NCBI GenBank assembly: GCA_012295275.1
Contig: CM022677.1
Coordinates: 9,920,001 to 9,984,000, forward strand
Direction of reading: 5' to 3'
Length of the DNA: 64,000 nucleotides
Origin: Chrysomallon squamiferum
Taxonomy: Eukaryota > Animalia > Mollusca
Made by a program: the position numbers and the translations under genes. The notes below the pieces were generated by a model that saw only the letters and a program-made list of their open reading frames with translations, was not told the origin of the DNA and did no database searches. Each line of letters opens with the position of its first letter. Within the stretch, counting starts at the first letter, position 1. Positions 30,273-46,755 of the stretch are shown here, piece after piece.

Positions 30273-33200
30273 CCAAACACTCCACACACACCATCCCCTC
30301 CACACACACCAAACACTCCACACACACACACACACACACACACCCACACACACCAAACACACCACACACACCAAACACTCCACACACACCAAACACACCA
30401 AACACACACACCACACACACACCAAACACTCCACACACACCAAACACCACACACACACCAACACTCCACACACACCAAACACACCACACACACCAAACAC
30501 ACACACAAACACACCACACACACCATCTCACACACACAAACACTCCACACCAAACACACACACACACCACACACTCCACACATCCACACACACAAACACT
30601 CCACACACCAAACACTCCACACACACCAAACACTCCACACACACACACCAAACACTCCACACACACCAAACACTCCACACACACCAAACACTCACACACA
30701 CCAAACACTCCACACACACCACCCACACACACCAAACACCCACACACACCAAACACTCCACACACACCAAACACTCCACACACACCAAACACTCCACACA
30801 CACCATCCCCTCCACACACACCAAACACTCCACACACACCACCAACACACACACCAAACACCCACACACACCATAACACACACACACACACACACACCAA
30901 ACACTCCACACACACCAAACACACACACACACCAAACACACACACACCAACTCCACACACACCAAACACACACACACACCAAACACACACACACACACAC
31001 CAAACACCACACACACCAAACACTCCACACACACCAAACACACACACACCAAACACTCCACACACACCAAACACTCCACACACACCACACACACCAAACA
31101 CACACACCAAACACACACACACCAAACACTCCACACACACCAAACACTCACACACACACAAACACTCCACACACACCAAACACTCCACACACACACCAAA
31201 CACTCCACACACACCAAACACACACACACCAAACACTCCACACACACCAAACACTCCACACACACCAAACACTCCACACACACCAACACAACACACCAAA
31301 CACTCCACACACACCAAACACTCCACACACACCAAACACACACACACACACCAAACACACACACACAACACCAAACACTCCACACACAAACACTCCACAC
31401 ACACCAAACACACACACACAAACAATCCACACACACCACACACACACACACCACACACCAAAACACACACACACACACACACCAAACACTCCACACACAA
31501 ACAACCACACACACACCAAACACCACACACACCAAACACACACACCACACACCACACACACCAAACACACCCACACACACCAAACACACAACACACACAC
31601 AAACACCAAAACACTCCACACACACCAAACACACACACACACAAACACCACACACTCCACACACACCAAACACCAACACACACACACACCAAACACTCCA
31701 CACACACCAAACACTCCACACACACACACACACACCAAACACTCCACACACACCAAACACTCCACACACACCAAACACTCCACACACACCAAACACTCCA
31801 CACACACCATCCACTCCACACACACCAAACACTCCACACACACCAAACACTCCACACACACCAAACACTCCACACACACACCAAACACTACACACACACC
31901 AAACACACCACACACACAAACACCACACACCAAACACACACACACCAAACACACTCCACACACACCAAACACCACACACCAAACACACACACACACCAAA
32001 CACACCACACACACACCAAACACTCCACACACACCAAACACCACACACACCAAACACTCCACACACACCAAACACTCCACACACACCAAACACTCCACAC
32101 ACACCAAACACTCCACACACACCAAACACTCCACACACACCAAACACTCCACACACACCAAACACTCCACACACACCAAACACTCCACACACACCAAACA
32201 CACACACACACACACCAAACACCCACACACACCAAACACCACACACACCAAACACTCCACACACACCAAACACCACACACACACCAAACACTCCACACAC
32301 ACCAAACACTCCACACACACCAACACTCCACACACACCAAACACTCCACACACACCAACACACCACACACACACCAAACACACACACCAAACACTCCACA
32401 CACACCACACCAACACACCTCCACACACACCAAACACTCCACACACACCAAACACACACACACACCCACACTCCACACACACCAAACACTCCACACACAC
32501 AAACACTCCACACACACCAAACACTCCACACACACCAAACACACTCCACACACACCAAACACACACCACACCATCCACTCCACACACACCAAACACTCCA
32601 CACACACCAAACACTCCACACACACACCAAACACACACACAAACCAACCACACTCCACACACACCAAACACTCCACACACACCAAACACTCCACACACCA
32701 CACACCAACACACATCCACACACACACACCAAACACTCCACACACACCAAACACTCCACACACACCAAACACTCCACACACACCAAACACTCCACACACA
32801 CCAAACACTCCACACACACCAAACACTCCACACACACCAAACACTCCACACACACCAAAACTCTCACACACACCAAACACTCCACACACACCAAACACTC
32901 ACACACACACCAAACACTCCACACACACCAAACACCCACACACACCACACACACCAAACACACACACACCAAACACCACACACACCAAACACTCCACACA
33001 CACACCAAACACTCCACACACACCAAACAAACACACACCAAACACACACACCATACACTCCACACACACCAAACACTCACACACATCCAAACACTCCACA
33101 CACACCAAACACTCCACACACACCAAACACTCCACACACACCAAACACTCCACACACACCAAACACTCCACACACACCAAACACTCCACACACACCAAAC

Positions 33201-33400
33201 ACTCCACACACACCAAACACTCCACAACACACCATCCACAACACACAAACCAAACACACACACACCACCCAAACACACAACACACCAAACACTCCACACA
33301 CACCAAACACTCCACACACACCAAACACTCCACACACACCAAACACTCCACACACACCAAACCAAACACAGTCCACTCACACACCAAACACGACACACAC
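18351..33400. repeat. Satellite domain 2: 18-bp CACACACCAAACACTCCA interspersed with irregular (CA)n; + strand essentially G-free
   Basis: Perfect 18-mer runs (e.g. 32050-32200, 33090-33225) separated by indel-rich CA runs. Confidence 0.95.
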
Positions 33401-36400
33401 ACTCCAACAGACCACACACAGACCAAACACTCACACACACACACAACACCAAACACTCCACACAGACACAAACACACTCAAACACACACCAAACATCCAC
33501 ACACACACCAAACACTCGACACACACTAAACACTCAACACACACCAAACACTCGACAAACATCCACTCCACAGACCAAACAAACACTCGACACACACAAA
33601 CACTCCAACAACAGACCAAACACTCGACACAAACATCCACTCCACACACACCAAACACTCACACACACACACCAAACACCAAACACTCGACACAAACAAA
33701 CACACACACACACCAAACACACCACACAGACCAAACACTCGACACTCGACAAAGTCCACTCAACACTCGACAAACACTATCCACTCAACAGAGACCAAAC
33801 ACTCGACACACACTATCCTCAGACCACACACACAGACACCAAACACTCCACACACACCAAACACTCCACACACAAACACAACAGACACCAAACACTCCAC
33901 AACAGAGACCAAACACTCGACACACACATCCACTCAACAGAGACCAAACACTCGACACAAACACTGTCACACTCACACAGACCAAACACACCAAACACAG
34001 ACCACACACAACAGAGACCAAACACACACAAAACACCCAAACAGACCAAACACTCACACACACCAAACACTCAACACAGACCAAACACTCCAAACACACA
34101 CACTATCCACTCACAGAGACAAAACACTCGACACACACAATCCACTCTCAACAGAGACCAAACACTCACACACACTAAACACTCAACAGAGACCAAACAC
34201 TCGAACACACAAACCAAACAGAGACCAAACACACGACACAACACCACTCAACACACACCAAACACTCGACACACACCAAACACTCACTCAACAGAGACCA
34301 AACACTCGACACACCAAACACTCAACAGAGACCAAAACACTCGACACACACTCCACTCAACAGAGACCAAACACTCGACACACACTACACACTCAACTCA
34401 GGAGACCAAACACTCGAAACACACACACAGTCCACTCACAGAGACCAAACACTCCAAACAAACACTATCCACTCAACAGAGACAAACACTCGACAACACA
34501 AACATCCACACAGACCAAACACTCGACACACAGACCAAACACTCAACACACACCAAACACTCGACACACACCAAACACTCAACAGAGACCAAACACTCGA
34601 CACACACCAAACACTCAACAGAGACCAAACACTCGACACACACTAAATCCACTCAACAGAGACCAAACACTCGACACACACTATACACTCAACAGAGACC
34701 AAACACACAAACAGTCCACTCAAAACACCAAACACTCGACACACACAAACACTCAACAGACCAAACACTCGAGACCAAACACTCGACACACACTCGACAC
34801 ACTCAACACAGACCAAACAGAGACCAAACACACACACCATCCACTCAACAGAGACCAAACACTCGACACACACTATCCACTCAACAGAGACCAAACACTC
34901 GACACACACCAAACACTCAACAGAGACCAAACACTCACAACAGAGACATCCACTCAACAGAGACCAAACACTCGACAAACACTATCCACTCAACAGAGAC
35001 CTCGACACACACTATACACTCACACACAGACCAAACACTCGACACACAGTCCCAACACACCACCAACACTCTCACACACCTCAACAGACAAACACACTCG
35101 ACACAGACCAAACACTCAACACACACCATCCACACAGAGACCAAACACTCGACACACACACACACTCAACACAGACCAAACACTCGACACACTAACACTC
35201 AACAGACCAAACACTCGACAAACACAGTCCACTCAACAGAGACCAAACACTCGACACACACTATCCACTCAACAGAGACCAAACACTCGACACACACTGA
35301 CACACACAGAGACCAAACACTCGACACACACAAACACTCAAACAGACCAAACACTCGACACACACCAAACACTCAACACAGACCAAACACTCGACACACA
35401 CTATCCACTCAACAGAGACCAAACTCGAAACAGACACTCAACAGACCAAACACTCGACACACAAATCCACTCAACAGAGACCAAACACTCGACACACACT
35501 AAACACTCAACAGAGACCAAAACACTCGACACACACTATCCACTCAACAGACCAAACACTCGACAAACACTATCCACTCAACAGAGACCAAACACTCGAC
35601 ACACACTATCCACTCAACAGAGACCAAACAACACAGACCAAACACACACACAGACCAAACACTCGACACACACATCCACTCAACAGAGAGACCAAACACT
35701 CGACACACACACATCCACTCAACAGACAAACACTCGACAAACATCCACTCAACAGAGACCAAACACTCGACACACACACTCAACAGAGACCAAACACTCG
35801 ACACACACTATCCACTCAACAGAGACCAAACACTCGACACACACATCCACTCAACAGAGACCAAACACTCGACACACACTATCCACTCAACAGAGACCAA
35901 ACACTCGACAAACACTATCCACTCAACAGAGACCAAACACTCGACAAACACTATCCACTCAACAGAGACCAAACACTCGACACACACTAAACACTCAACA
36001 GAGACCAAACACTCGACAAACACATACACTCAACAGAGACCAAACACTCAACACACACCAAACACTCAACAGAGACCAAACACTCGACACACACTATCCA
36101 CTCAACAGAGACCAAACACTCGACAAACACACACACCACACTCAACAGAGACCAAACACTCGACACACACACTATCCACTCAACAGAGACCAAACACTCG
36201 ACAAACACTATCCACTCAACACAGAGACCAAACAAACACATCCACACAGAGACAAACACTCAAACACATCCACTCAACAGACCAAAACTCGACACACACA
36301 CTATCCACTCCACACAGACCAAACACTCGACACACACTGTCCACTCCACTCACCAAAGACCAAACACTCGAGAGACCAAACACTATCCACACAACAACAG

Positions 36401-39400
36401 ACCAAACACTCGACACACACTATCCACTCAAACAGAGACCAAACACACACAACACTCACAGACCAAACACTCGACACACACTATCCACTCAACAGAGACC
36501 AAACACTCGACACACACACTATCCACTCAACAGAGACCAAACACTCGACACACACTATCCACTCAACAGAGACCAAACACTCAAAACACAGTCACTCAAC
36601 ACAGAGACCAAACACTCGACACACTATCCACTCAACAGAGACCAAACACTCGACACACACTATACACTCAACAGAGACCAAACACTCGACACACACTATC
36701 CACTCAACAGAGACCAAACACTCGACAAACACTATCCACTCAACAGAGACCAAACACTCGACACAACACAGTCCACTCAACACAGACCAAACAAACACTC
36801 GACACACACTATCCACTCAAAGACCAAACACTCGACACACACACATCCACAACAGACACGACAAACACTCGACACACACACTATCCACTCAGACAGACCA
36901 AACACACACACACACCAAACACACACACACTCAACAGAGACCAAACACTAGAGACACACTATACACTCAACAGACCAAACACTCGACACACACTATCCAC
37001 TCAACAGAGACCAAACACTCGACACACACTATACACTCAACAGAGACCAAACACTCGACACACACTATCCACTCAACAGAGACCAAACACTCGACACACA
37101 CACTATCCACTCAACAGAGACCAAAACTCGACACACGACACACAGAGACCAAACACTCGACAAACACAGTCCACTCAACAGAGACCAAACACTCGACAAC
37201 ACACTATCCACTCAACAGAGACCAAACACTCGACACACACACATCCACTCAACAGAGACCAAACACTCGACAAACACAGTCCACTCAACAGAGACCAAAC
37301 ACTCGACACACACAAACACTCAACAGAGACCAAACACTCGACACACTATCCACTCAACAGAGACCAAACACTCGACACACACACTATCCACTCAAAGAGA
37401 CCAAAAACGACACACACACTATCCACTCAACAGAGACCAAACACTCGACACACACTATCCACTCAACAGAGACCAAACACTCGACAAACACAGTCCACTC
37501 AACAGAGACCAAACACTCGACACACACTATACACTCAACAGAGACCAAACACTCGACACACACTATCCACTCAACAGAGACCAAACACTCGACACACACT
37601 ATACACTCAACAGAGACCAAACACTCGACAAACACAGTCCACTCAACAGAGACCAAACACTCGACACACACTATCCACTCAACAGAGACCAAACACTCGA
37701 CACACACTATCCACTCAACAGAGACCAAACAACACACAAATCCACTCAACAGAGACCAAACACTCACACATCCACAACAGAACAAACTCGACACACACAC
37801 TATCCACTCAACAGAGACCAAACACTCGACACACACTATCCACTCAACAGAGACCAAACACTCGACACACACTATCCACTCAACAGAGACCAAACACTCG
37901 ACACACACAGTCCACTCAACAGAGACCAAACACTCGACACACACTATCCACTCAACAGAGACCAAACACTCGACACACACCAACACCAACACAGACCAAA
38001 ACTCGACAAACACTATCCACTCAACACTCAACAGAGACCAAACACACACGACCAAACACACTATCCATCCACAACAGAGACCAAACACTCGACACACACT
38101 CATCCACTCAACAGAGACCAAACACGATCCACTCAACAGAGACCAAACACTCGACACACACTATCCACTCAACAGAGACCAAACACTCGACACACACTAT
38201 CCACTCAACAGAGACCAAACACTCGACACACACTATCCACTCAACAGAGACCAAACACTCGACACACACTATACACTCAACACAGACCAAACACTCGACA
38301 AACACAGTCCACTCAACAGAGACCAAACACTCGACACACACTATCCACTCAACAGAGACCAAACACTCGACACACACTATCCACTCAACAGAGACCAAAC
38401 ACTCGACACACACTATCCACTCAACAGAGACCAAACACTCGACACACACTATCCACTCAACAGAGACCAAACACTCGACACACACATCCACTCAACACCA
38501 AACACTCGACAAACACATCCACTCAACAGAGACCAAACACTCGACAAACACACACACACATCCACTCAACAGAGACCAAACACTCGACACACACAGTCCA
38601 ACAGAGACCAAACACTCGACAAACACTCCACTCAACACACACACCAAACACAACAGACCAAAACAAACACTCGACACACACAACCACTCAACAGAGACCA
38701 AACACTCGACACACACAGTCCACTCAACAGAGACCAAACACTCGACACACACTATCCACTCAACAGAGACCAAACACTCGACACACACTATCCACTCAAC
38801 AGAGACCAAACACTCGACACACACACTCCACTCAACAGAGACCAAACACTCAAACACACAGTCCACTCAACAGAGACCAAACACTCGACAAACATCACAC
38901 TCAACAGAGACCAAACACTCGACACACACTATCCACTCAACAGAGACCAAACACTCGACACACACTATCCACTCAACAGAGACCAAACACTCGACAAACA
39001 CTATCCACTCAACAGAGACAAAACACTCGACAAACACTATCCACCCAACAGAGACCAAACACTCGACACACACCACTCCAGACCAAACACACACAGACCA
39101 AACACTCAACAGAGACCAAACATCCACTCACACACAGACCAAACACTCGACACACACTATCCACTCAACAGAGACCAAACACTCGACACACACTATCCAC
39201 TCAACAGAGACCAAACACTCGACACACACTATCCACTCAACAGACCAAACACTCGACACACACTATCCACTCAACAGAGACCAAACACTCGACAACACAG
39301 TCCACTCAACAGAGACCAAACACTCGACACACACTATCCACTCAACAGAGACCAAACACTCGACACACACACACCACTCAACAGAGACCAAACACTCGAC

Positions 39401-42400
39401 ACACACTATCCACTCAACAGAGACCAAACACTCGACACACACTATCCACTCAACAGAGACCAAACACTCGACACACACTGTCCACTCAAACAGACCAAAA
39501 CACAGACCAAACACTCGACAAACAAACTATCCACTCAACAGAGACCAAACACTCAGAGACAAACACTCGACAAACACTCTCAACAGACCAAACACTCGAC
39601 ACACTGTCCACTCAACAGAGACCAAACTCGACACACTATCCACTCAACAGAGACAAAACTCGACAAACACTATCCAACACAACAGAGACCAAACTCAAAC
39701 ACTACACTCAACAGAGACAAACACTCGACACACACTATCCACTCAACAGAGACAAACACTCGACAAACACACACACATCCACTCAACAGAGACCAAACAC
39801 TCGACACACACTATCCACTCAACAGAGACCAAACACTCGACACACACTATCCACTCAACAGAGACCAAACACTCGACACACACTATCCACTCAACAGAGA
39901 CCAAACACTCGACACACTATCCACTCAACAGAGACAAACACACAAACACTCCAACAGACAAACTCGACACACACTATCCACACAGACCACCAAACACTCG
40001 ACACACACTATCCACTCAACAGAGACCAAACACTCGACACACACTATCCACTCAACAACACCAAAGACCAAACACGACACAAACTATACACTCAACAGAG
40101 ACCAAACACTCGACACACACACTATCCACTCAACAGAGACCAAACACTCGACACACACTATCCACTCAACAGAGACCAAACACTCGACACACACTATCCA
40201 CTCAACAGAGACCAAACACTCGACACACACTATCCACTCAACAGAGACCAAACACTCGACACACACTCCACTCAACAGAGACCAAACACTCGACAAACAC
40301 TATCCACTCAACAGAGACCAAACACTCGACACACACTATCCACTCAACAGAGACCAAACACTCGACAAACACTATCCACTCAACAGAGACCAAACACACA
40401 CTATCCACTCAAACAGACCAAACACTCGACACACACACATCCACTCAACAGACCAAACAGACACACTATCCACTCAACAGAGACCAAACACTCGACAAAC
40501 ACTATCCACTCAACAGAGACCAAACACTCGACACACATATCCACTCACTCCAACAGAGACCAAACACTCGACAAGAGACAAACACTCGACACACACTATC
40601 CAAACAGAGACCAAACAGAGACAAACACTCCACTCAACAGAGACCAAACACTCCACACACATCCACCAAACACCAAACACTCGACAAACACTATCCACTC
40701 AACAGAGACCAAACACTCGACACACAACAGAGACCAACACTCGACACAACAGAGTCCACTCAACACTCGACACACACTATCCACTCAACAGAGACCAAAC
40801 ACTCGACACACACTATCCACTCAACAGAGACCAAACACTCGAACGACACACACACTCAACAGAGACCAAACACTCGACACACTCAACACTCAACAGAGAC
40901 CAAACACTCGACACACACTATACACTCAACAGAGACCAAACACTCGACACACACTATCCACTCAACAGAGACCAAACACTCGACAAACACTATCCACTCA
41001 ACAGAGACCAAACACTCGACACACACTATACACTCAACAGAGACCAAACACTCGACACACACTATCCACTCAACAGAGACCAAACACTCGACAAACACTA
41101 TCCACTCAACAGAGACCAAACACTCGACAAACACAGTCCACTCAACAGAGACCAAACACTCGACACACACTATCCACTCAACAGAGACCAAACACTCGAC
41201 ACACACTATCCACTCAACAGAGACCAAACACTCGACAAACAAAACACTCAACAGAGACCAAACACTCGACACACTGTCCACTCAACAGAGACCAAACACT
41301 CGACACACACTATCCACTCAAAGACCAAGACCAACACTCGACACACTATCCACTCAACAGAGACCAAACACTCGACACACACTATCCATCCACCCAACAG
41401 AGACCAAACACTCGACACACACTATCCACTCAACAGAGACCAAACACTCGACAAACACTATCCACTCAACAGAGACCAAACACTCGACAAACACTATCCA
41501 CTCAACAGAGACCAAACACTCGACAAACACAGTCCACTCAACAGAGACCAAACACTCGACAACACACTATCCACTCAACAGAGACCAAACACTCGACAAA
41601 CACTATCCACTCAACAGAGACCAAACACTCGACACACACTATCCACTCAACAGAGACCAAACACTCGACACACACTATCCACTCAACAGAGACCAAACAC
41701 TCGACAAACACTATCCACTCAACAGAGACCAAACACTCAACAAACACTATACACTCAACAGAGACCAAACACTCGACAAACACTATCCACTCAACAGAGA
41801 CCAAACACTCGACAAACACTATCCACTCAACACTCAACAGAGACCAAACACTCGACACACACTATCCACTCAACAGAGACCAAACACTCGACACACACTA
41901 TACACTCAACAGAGACCAAACACTCGACAAACACTATCCACTCAACACAGACCAAACACTCGACAAACACAGTCCACTCAACAGAGACCAAACACTCGAC
42001 ACACACACTATCCACTCAACAGAGACCAAACACTCGACACACACTATCCACTCAACAGACCAAACCAAACACTCGACAACACAAACACTCGACACACACA
42101 CTCAACAGAGACCAAACACTCGACACACACTATCCACTCAACAGAGACCAAACACTCGACACACACTATCCACTCAACAGAGACCAAACACTCGACAAAC
42201 ACACAGTCCACTCAACAGAGACCAAACACTCGACACACACTATCCAAAGACAAACTCGACACACACATCCACTCAACAGAGACCAAACACTCGACACACA
42301 CTATCCACTCAACAGAGACCAAACACTCGACAAACACAGTCCACTCAACAGAGACCAAACACTCGACAAACACTATCCACTCAACAGAGACCAAACACTC

Positions 42401-45400
42401 AACACACACTATACACTCAACAGACCAAACACTCGACAAACACAGACCAAACACTCGACACACACTATCCACTCAACAGAGACCAAACACTCGACACACA
42501 CTGTCCACTCAACAGAGACCAAACACTCGACACACACTATCCACTCAACAGAGACCAAACACTCGACAACACTATCCACTCAACAGAGACCAAACACTCG
42601 ACAACACACTATCCACTCAACAGAGACCAAACACTCGACAAACACAGTCCACTCAACAGAGACCAAACACTCGACACACACTATCCACTCAACAGAGACC
42701 AAACACTCGACACACACTATCCACTCAACAGAGACCAAACACTCGACACACACAAACACTCAACAGAGACCAAACACTCGACACACACTATCCACTCAAC
42801 AGAGACCAAACACTCGACACACACTATCCACTCAACAGAGACCAAACACTCGACAAACACTATCCACTCAACAGAGACCAAACACTCGACACACACTATC
42901 CACTCAACAGAGACCAAACACTCGACAACACTATCCACTCAACAGAGACCAAAAAACACTCGACACACACAAACACTCAACAGAGACCAAACACTCGAAA
43001 CACTATCCACAGAGACCAAACACTCGACACACACTATACACTCAACAGAGACCAAACACTCGACAAACACAGTCCACTCAACAGAGACCAAACACTCGAC
43101 ACACACTATACACTCAACAGACCAAACACTCGACACACACAGTCCACTCAACAGAGACCAAACACTCGACACAACACTATCCACTCAACAGAGACCAAAC
43201 ACTCGACAAACACTATCCACTCAACAGAGACCAAACACTCGACACACACTATCCACTCAACAGAGACCAAACACTCGACACACACTATCCACTCAACAGA
43301 GACCAAACACTCGACACACACTATCCACTCAACAGAGACCAAACACTCGACAAACACTATCCACTCAACAGAGACCAAACACTCGACACACACTATCCAC
43401 TCAACAGAGACCAAACACTCGACAAACACTATCCACTCAACAGAGACCAAACACTCGACACACACTATCCACTCAACAGAGACCAAACACTCGACACACA
43501 CAGTCCACTCAACAGAGACCAAACACTCGACACACACTGTCCACTCAACAGAGACCAAACACTCGACACACACTATCCACTCAACAGAGACCAAACACTC
43601 GAAACACTATCCACTCAACAGAGACCAAACACTCGACACACACTATCCACTCAACAGAGACCAAACACTCGACAAACAATCCACTCAACAGAGACCAAAC
43701 ACTCGACAGACACAAACTATCCACTCAACAGAGACCAAACACTCGACACACACTATCCACTCAACAGAGACCAAACACTCGACACACACAGTCCACTCAA
43801 CAGAGACCAAACACTCGACACACACTATCCACTCAACAGAGACCAAACACTCGACAAACACTATCCACTCAACAGAGACCAAACACTCGACACACACTAT
43901 CCACTCAACAGAGACCAAACACTCGACAAACACAGTCCACTCAACAGAGACCAAACAAACAAAGACACAAACACTATCCACTCAACACAAACACTCGACA
44001 AACACTATCCACTCAACAGAGACCAAACACTCGACACACACTATCCACTCAACAGAGACCAAACACTCGACACACACTATCCACTCAACAGAGACCAAAC
44101 ACTCGACACACACTATCCACTCAACAGAGACCAAACACTCGACACACAGTCCACTCAACAGAGACCAAACACTCAACAGAGACCTCAAAACAAACTCGAC
44201 ACACTCCACTCAACAGAGACCAAACACTCGACACACACTATCCACTCAACAGACCAAACACTCGACAAACTAGTCCACAACACAGAGACAAACACTCGAC
44301 AAACACTATCCACTCAACAGAGACCAAACACTCGACACACACTATCCACTCAACAGAGACAAACACTCGACACACACTATACACTCAACAGACCAAACAC
44401 TCGACAAACACAGTCCACTCAACAGAGACCAAACACTCGACACACACTATCCACTCAACAGAGACCAAACACTCGACACTGTCCACTCAACAGAGACCAA
44501 ACACTCGACACACACTATCCACTCAACAGAGACCAAACACTCGACACACACTATCCACTCAACAGAGACCAAACACTCGACAAACACTATCCACTCAACA
44601 GAGACCAAACACTCGACACACACTATCCACTCAACAGAGACCAAACACTCGACAACACTATCCACTCAACAGAGACCAAACACTCAACAGAGAGCAAACA
44701 GTCGACACACTCTCCACTCAACAGAGACCAAACACTCGACACACACTATCCACTCAACAGAGACAAACAAACACTCACACAACAGACCAAACACTCGACA
44801 CTATCCACTCAACAGAGACCAAACACTCGACACACACTATCCACTCAACAGAGACCAAAACTCGACACACACACTATCCACTCACAGAGACCAAACACTC
44901 ACACAAACAATCCACTCAACCAAACACTCGACACACTATCCACTCAACAGACCAAACACTCGACACACACTATCCACTCAACAGAGACCAAACACTCGAC
45001 ACACCACTCAACAGACCAAACACTCGACAAACACTATCCACTCAACAGACCAAACACTCTCGACACACACACTATCCACTCAACAGAGACCAAACACTCG
45101 ACACACACACTATCCACTCAACAGAGACCAAACACTCGACACACACTATACACTCAACAGACCAAACACTCGACAACACACTATCCACTCAACAGAGACC
45201 AAACACTCGACACACACTATCCACTCAACAGAGACCAAACACTCGACAAACACTATCCACTCAACAGAGACCAAACACTCGACACACACTATCCACTCAA
45301 CAGAGACCAAACACTCGACACACACTATCCACTCAACAGAGACCAAACACTCGACAAACACTATCCACTCAACAGAGACCAAACACTCGACTCAACACAA

Positions 45401-45770
45401 ACATCCAAACAACACACAGACACAAACAACTCGACACACATCCACTATCCACTCAACAGAGACCAAACACTCGACACACACTATCCACTCAACAGAGACC
45501 AAACACTCGACACACTATCCACTGTCCACTCGAAACAGACAAACACTCAACAAACACCAAACACTCGACAGAGACCAAACACTCAACAGAGACCAAACAC
45601 TCGACACAAACTATCCACTCAACAGAGACCAAACACTCGACACACACTATCCACTCAACAGAGACCAAACACTCGACACACACTATCCACTCAACAGAGA
45701 CCAAACACTCGACACACACTATACACTCAACAGAGAGCAAACACTCGACACACACTATCCACTCGACACA
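33400..45770. repeat. Satellite domain 3: 36-bp unit CACACACTATCCACTCAACAGAGACCAAACACTCGA (dimer of two diverged 18-mers)
   Basis: Long near-perfect 36-bp runs (e.g. 38140-38490, 43170-43600); gradual transition from domain 2 over about 33.4-34.8 kb. Confidence 0.95.
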
Positions 45771-46356
45771 CACTATAAACTACACACACCTTATCCACTC
45801 AATAGAGACCAAACATTCGATACACACTATCCACTCAACACAGAGCAAACACTTGACACATACTATACACTCCACACACACTATCCACTAAACAGAGAGG
45901 AAACACACGACACATACTATCCATTAAACAGAGGCTAAACATTCCACTCTACAGAGATCAAACACTCAACACACGCTATCCACTCAACACAGTGCAAACA
46001 TTCGACACACACTGTCCACTCAACAGAGAGCAAACATTCAACACACACCATCCACTGAACAGAGTATGCACTCCACACACACCATACACTGAGCAGAGCA
46101 TGCACTCCACACAGCATGCTCTCAAAACACAGCATCCACTCAAAAGAGAGCATACACTCCACACACATACAATACAATCAACAGAGAGGATACACTCCAC
46201 ACATACACAATACAATCAACAGAGCATACACTACACATACACCATACACTCAACTCAGCATACACGCCACAAACACCATCCACTCAACAGAGAGCATACA
46301 CTCCACACACACCATCCACTCAACAGAGAGCATACACTCCACACACACCATCCACC
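45770..46356. repeat. Satellite domain 4: diverged terminal 18/36-bp units (CACACACCATCCACTCAACAGAGAGCATACACTCCA)
   Basis: Same register with more substitutions; ends abruptly at 46356. Confidence 0.9.
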
Positions 46357-46472
46357 CTGTCAGAGAATTATATGAATGAGAATGATGTATGTGATGTGCT
46401 GTTGTGTTTTTGTCTGCAGTGTATGTTGGTGTAATTGGTTTGTGTGGTTTCTACATAAACTTATAAACTTAC

Positions 46473-46567
46473 CTTGTTTTTGTCTTCTCAAGGAAACTAC
46501 AGCTGGCACTATCTCAACATGAAGATTTACAGTTTGTTGATACACACCATCCACTGAACAGAGTATG
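46473..46567 (-). other. Candidate 95-nt exon on the minus strand
   Basis: Acceptor CTTTTAATTTTCACAG| and consensus donor AAG|GTAAGT; one frame is open (ILCSVDGVYQQTVNLHVEIVPAVVSLRRQKQ); no recognisable homology. Confidence 0.45.
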
Positions 46568-46755
46568 CTGTGAAAATTAAAAGAATTTATGACAGTGTAT
46601 TTTCGGCCAGGTTTAATTATAATTAATAAAAGAAACTAATTTTGATTGTAACAATATATAGCATTTGATTGGTTTCTAAAAGAACATCATTTGAGATAAA
46701 TTTCTTCCTTTTATTTATTTATTTTAATTTAAGTAAGTTTTAATTTCATCATTAC

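Noticed and set aside
17746-30876. 4376-aa His/Thr-rich ORF as a stand-alone gene
   Set aside because: It starts at TTG, spans an N gap, and lies on a strand with almost no G and little T, so stops are rare by composition. The repeat register drifts constantly. It is kept only as part of the speculative spliced-frame hypothesis.
33400-45770. 36-bp repeats as a CRISPR array
   Set aside because: Units are head-to-tail with no unique spacers, there are no cas genes, and the context is eukaryotic
14673-46215. Numerous minus-strand Cys/Val/Trp-rich ORFs (VCVECL, VWCVWS, VECLVSVEWI)
   Set aside because: They are translations of the TG-rich satellite strand in all three frames with mostly GTG/TTG starts; they are not metallothionein-like or other real proteins
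14669-46356. Telomeric or subtelomeric repeat
   Set aside because: It has C/A strand bias but no TTAGGG or TTAGG units, and unique sequence flanks both sides
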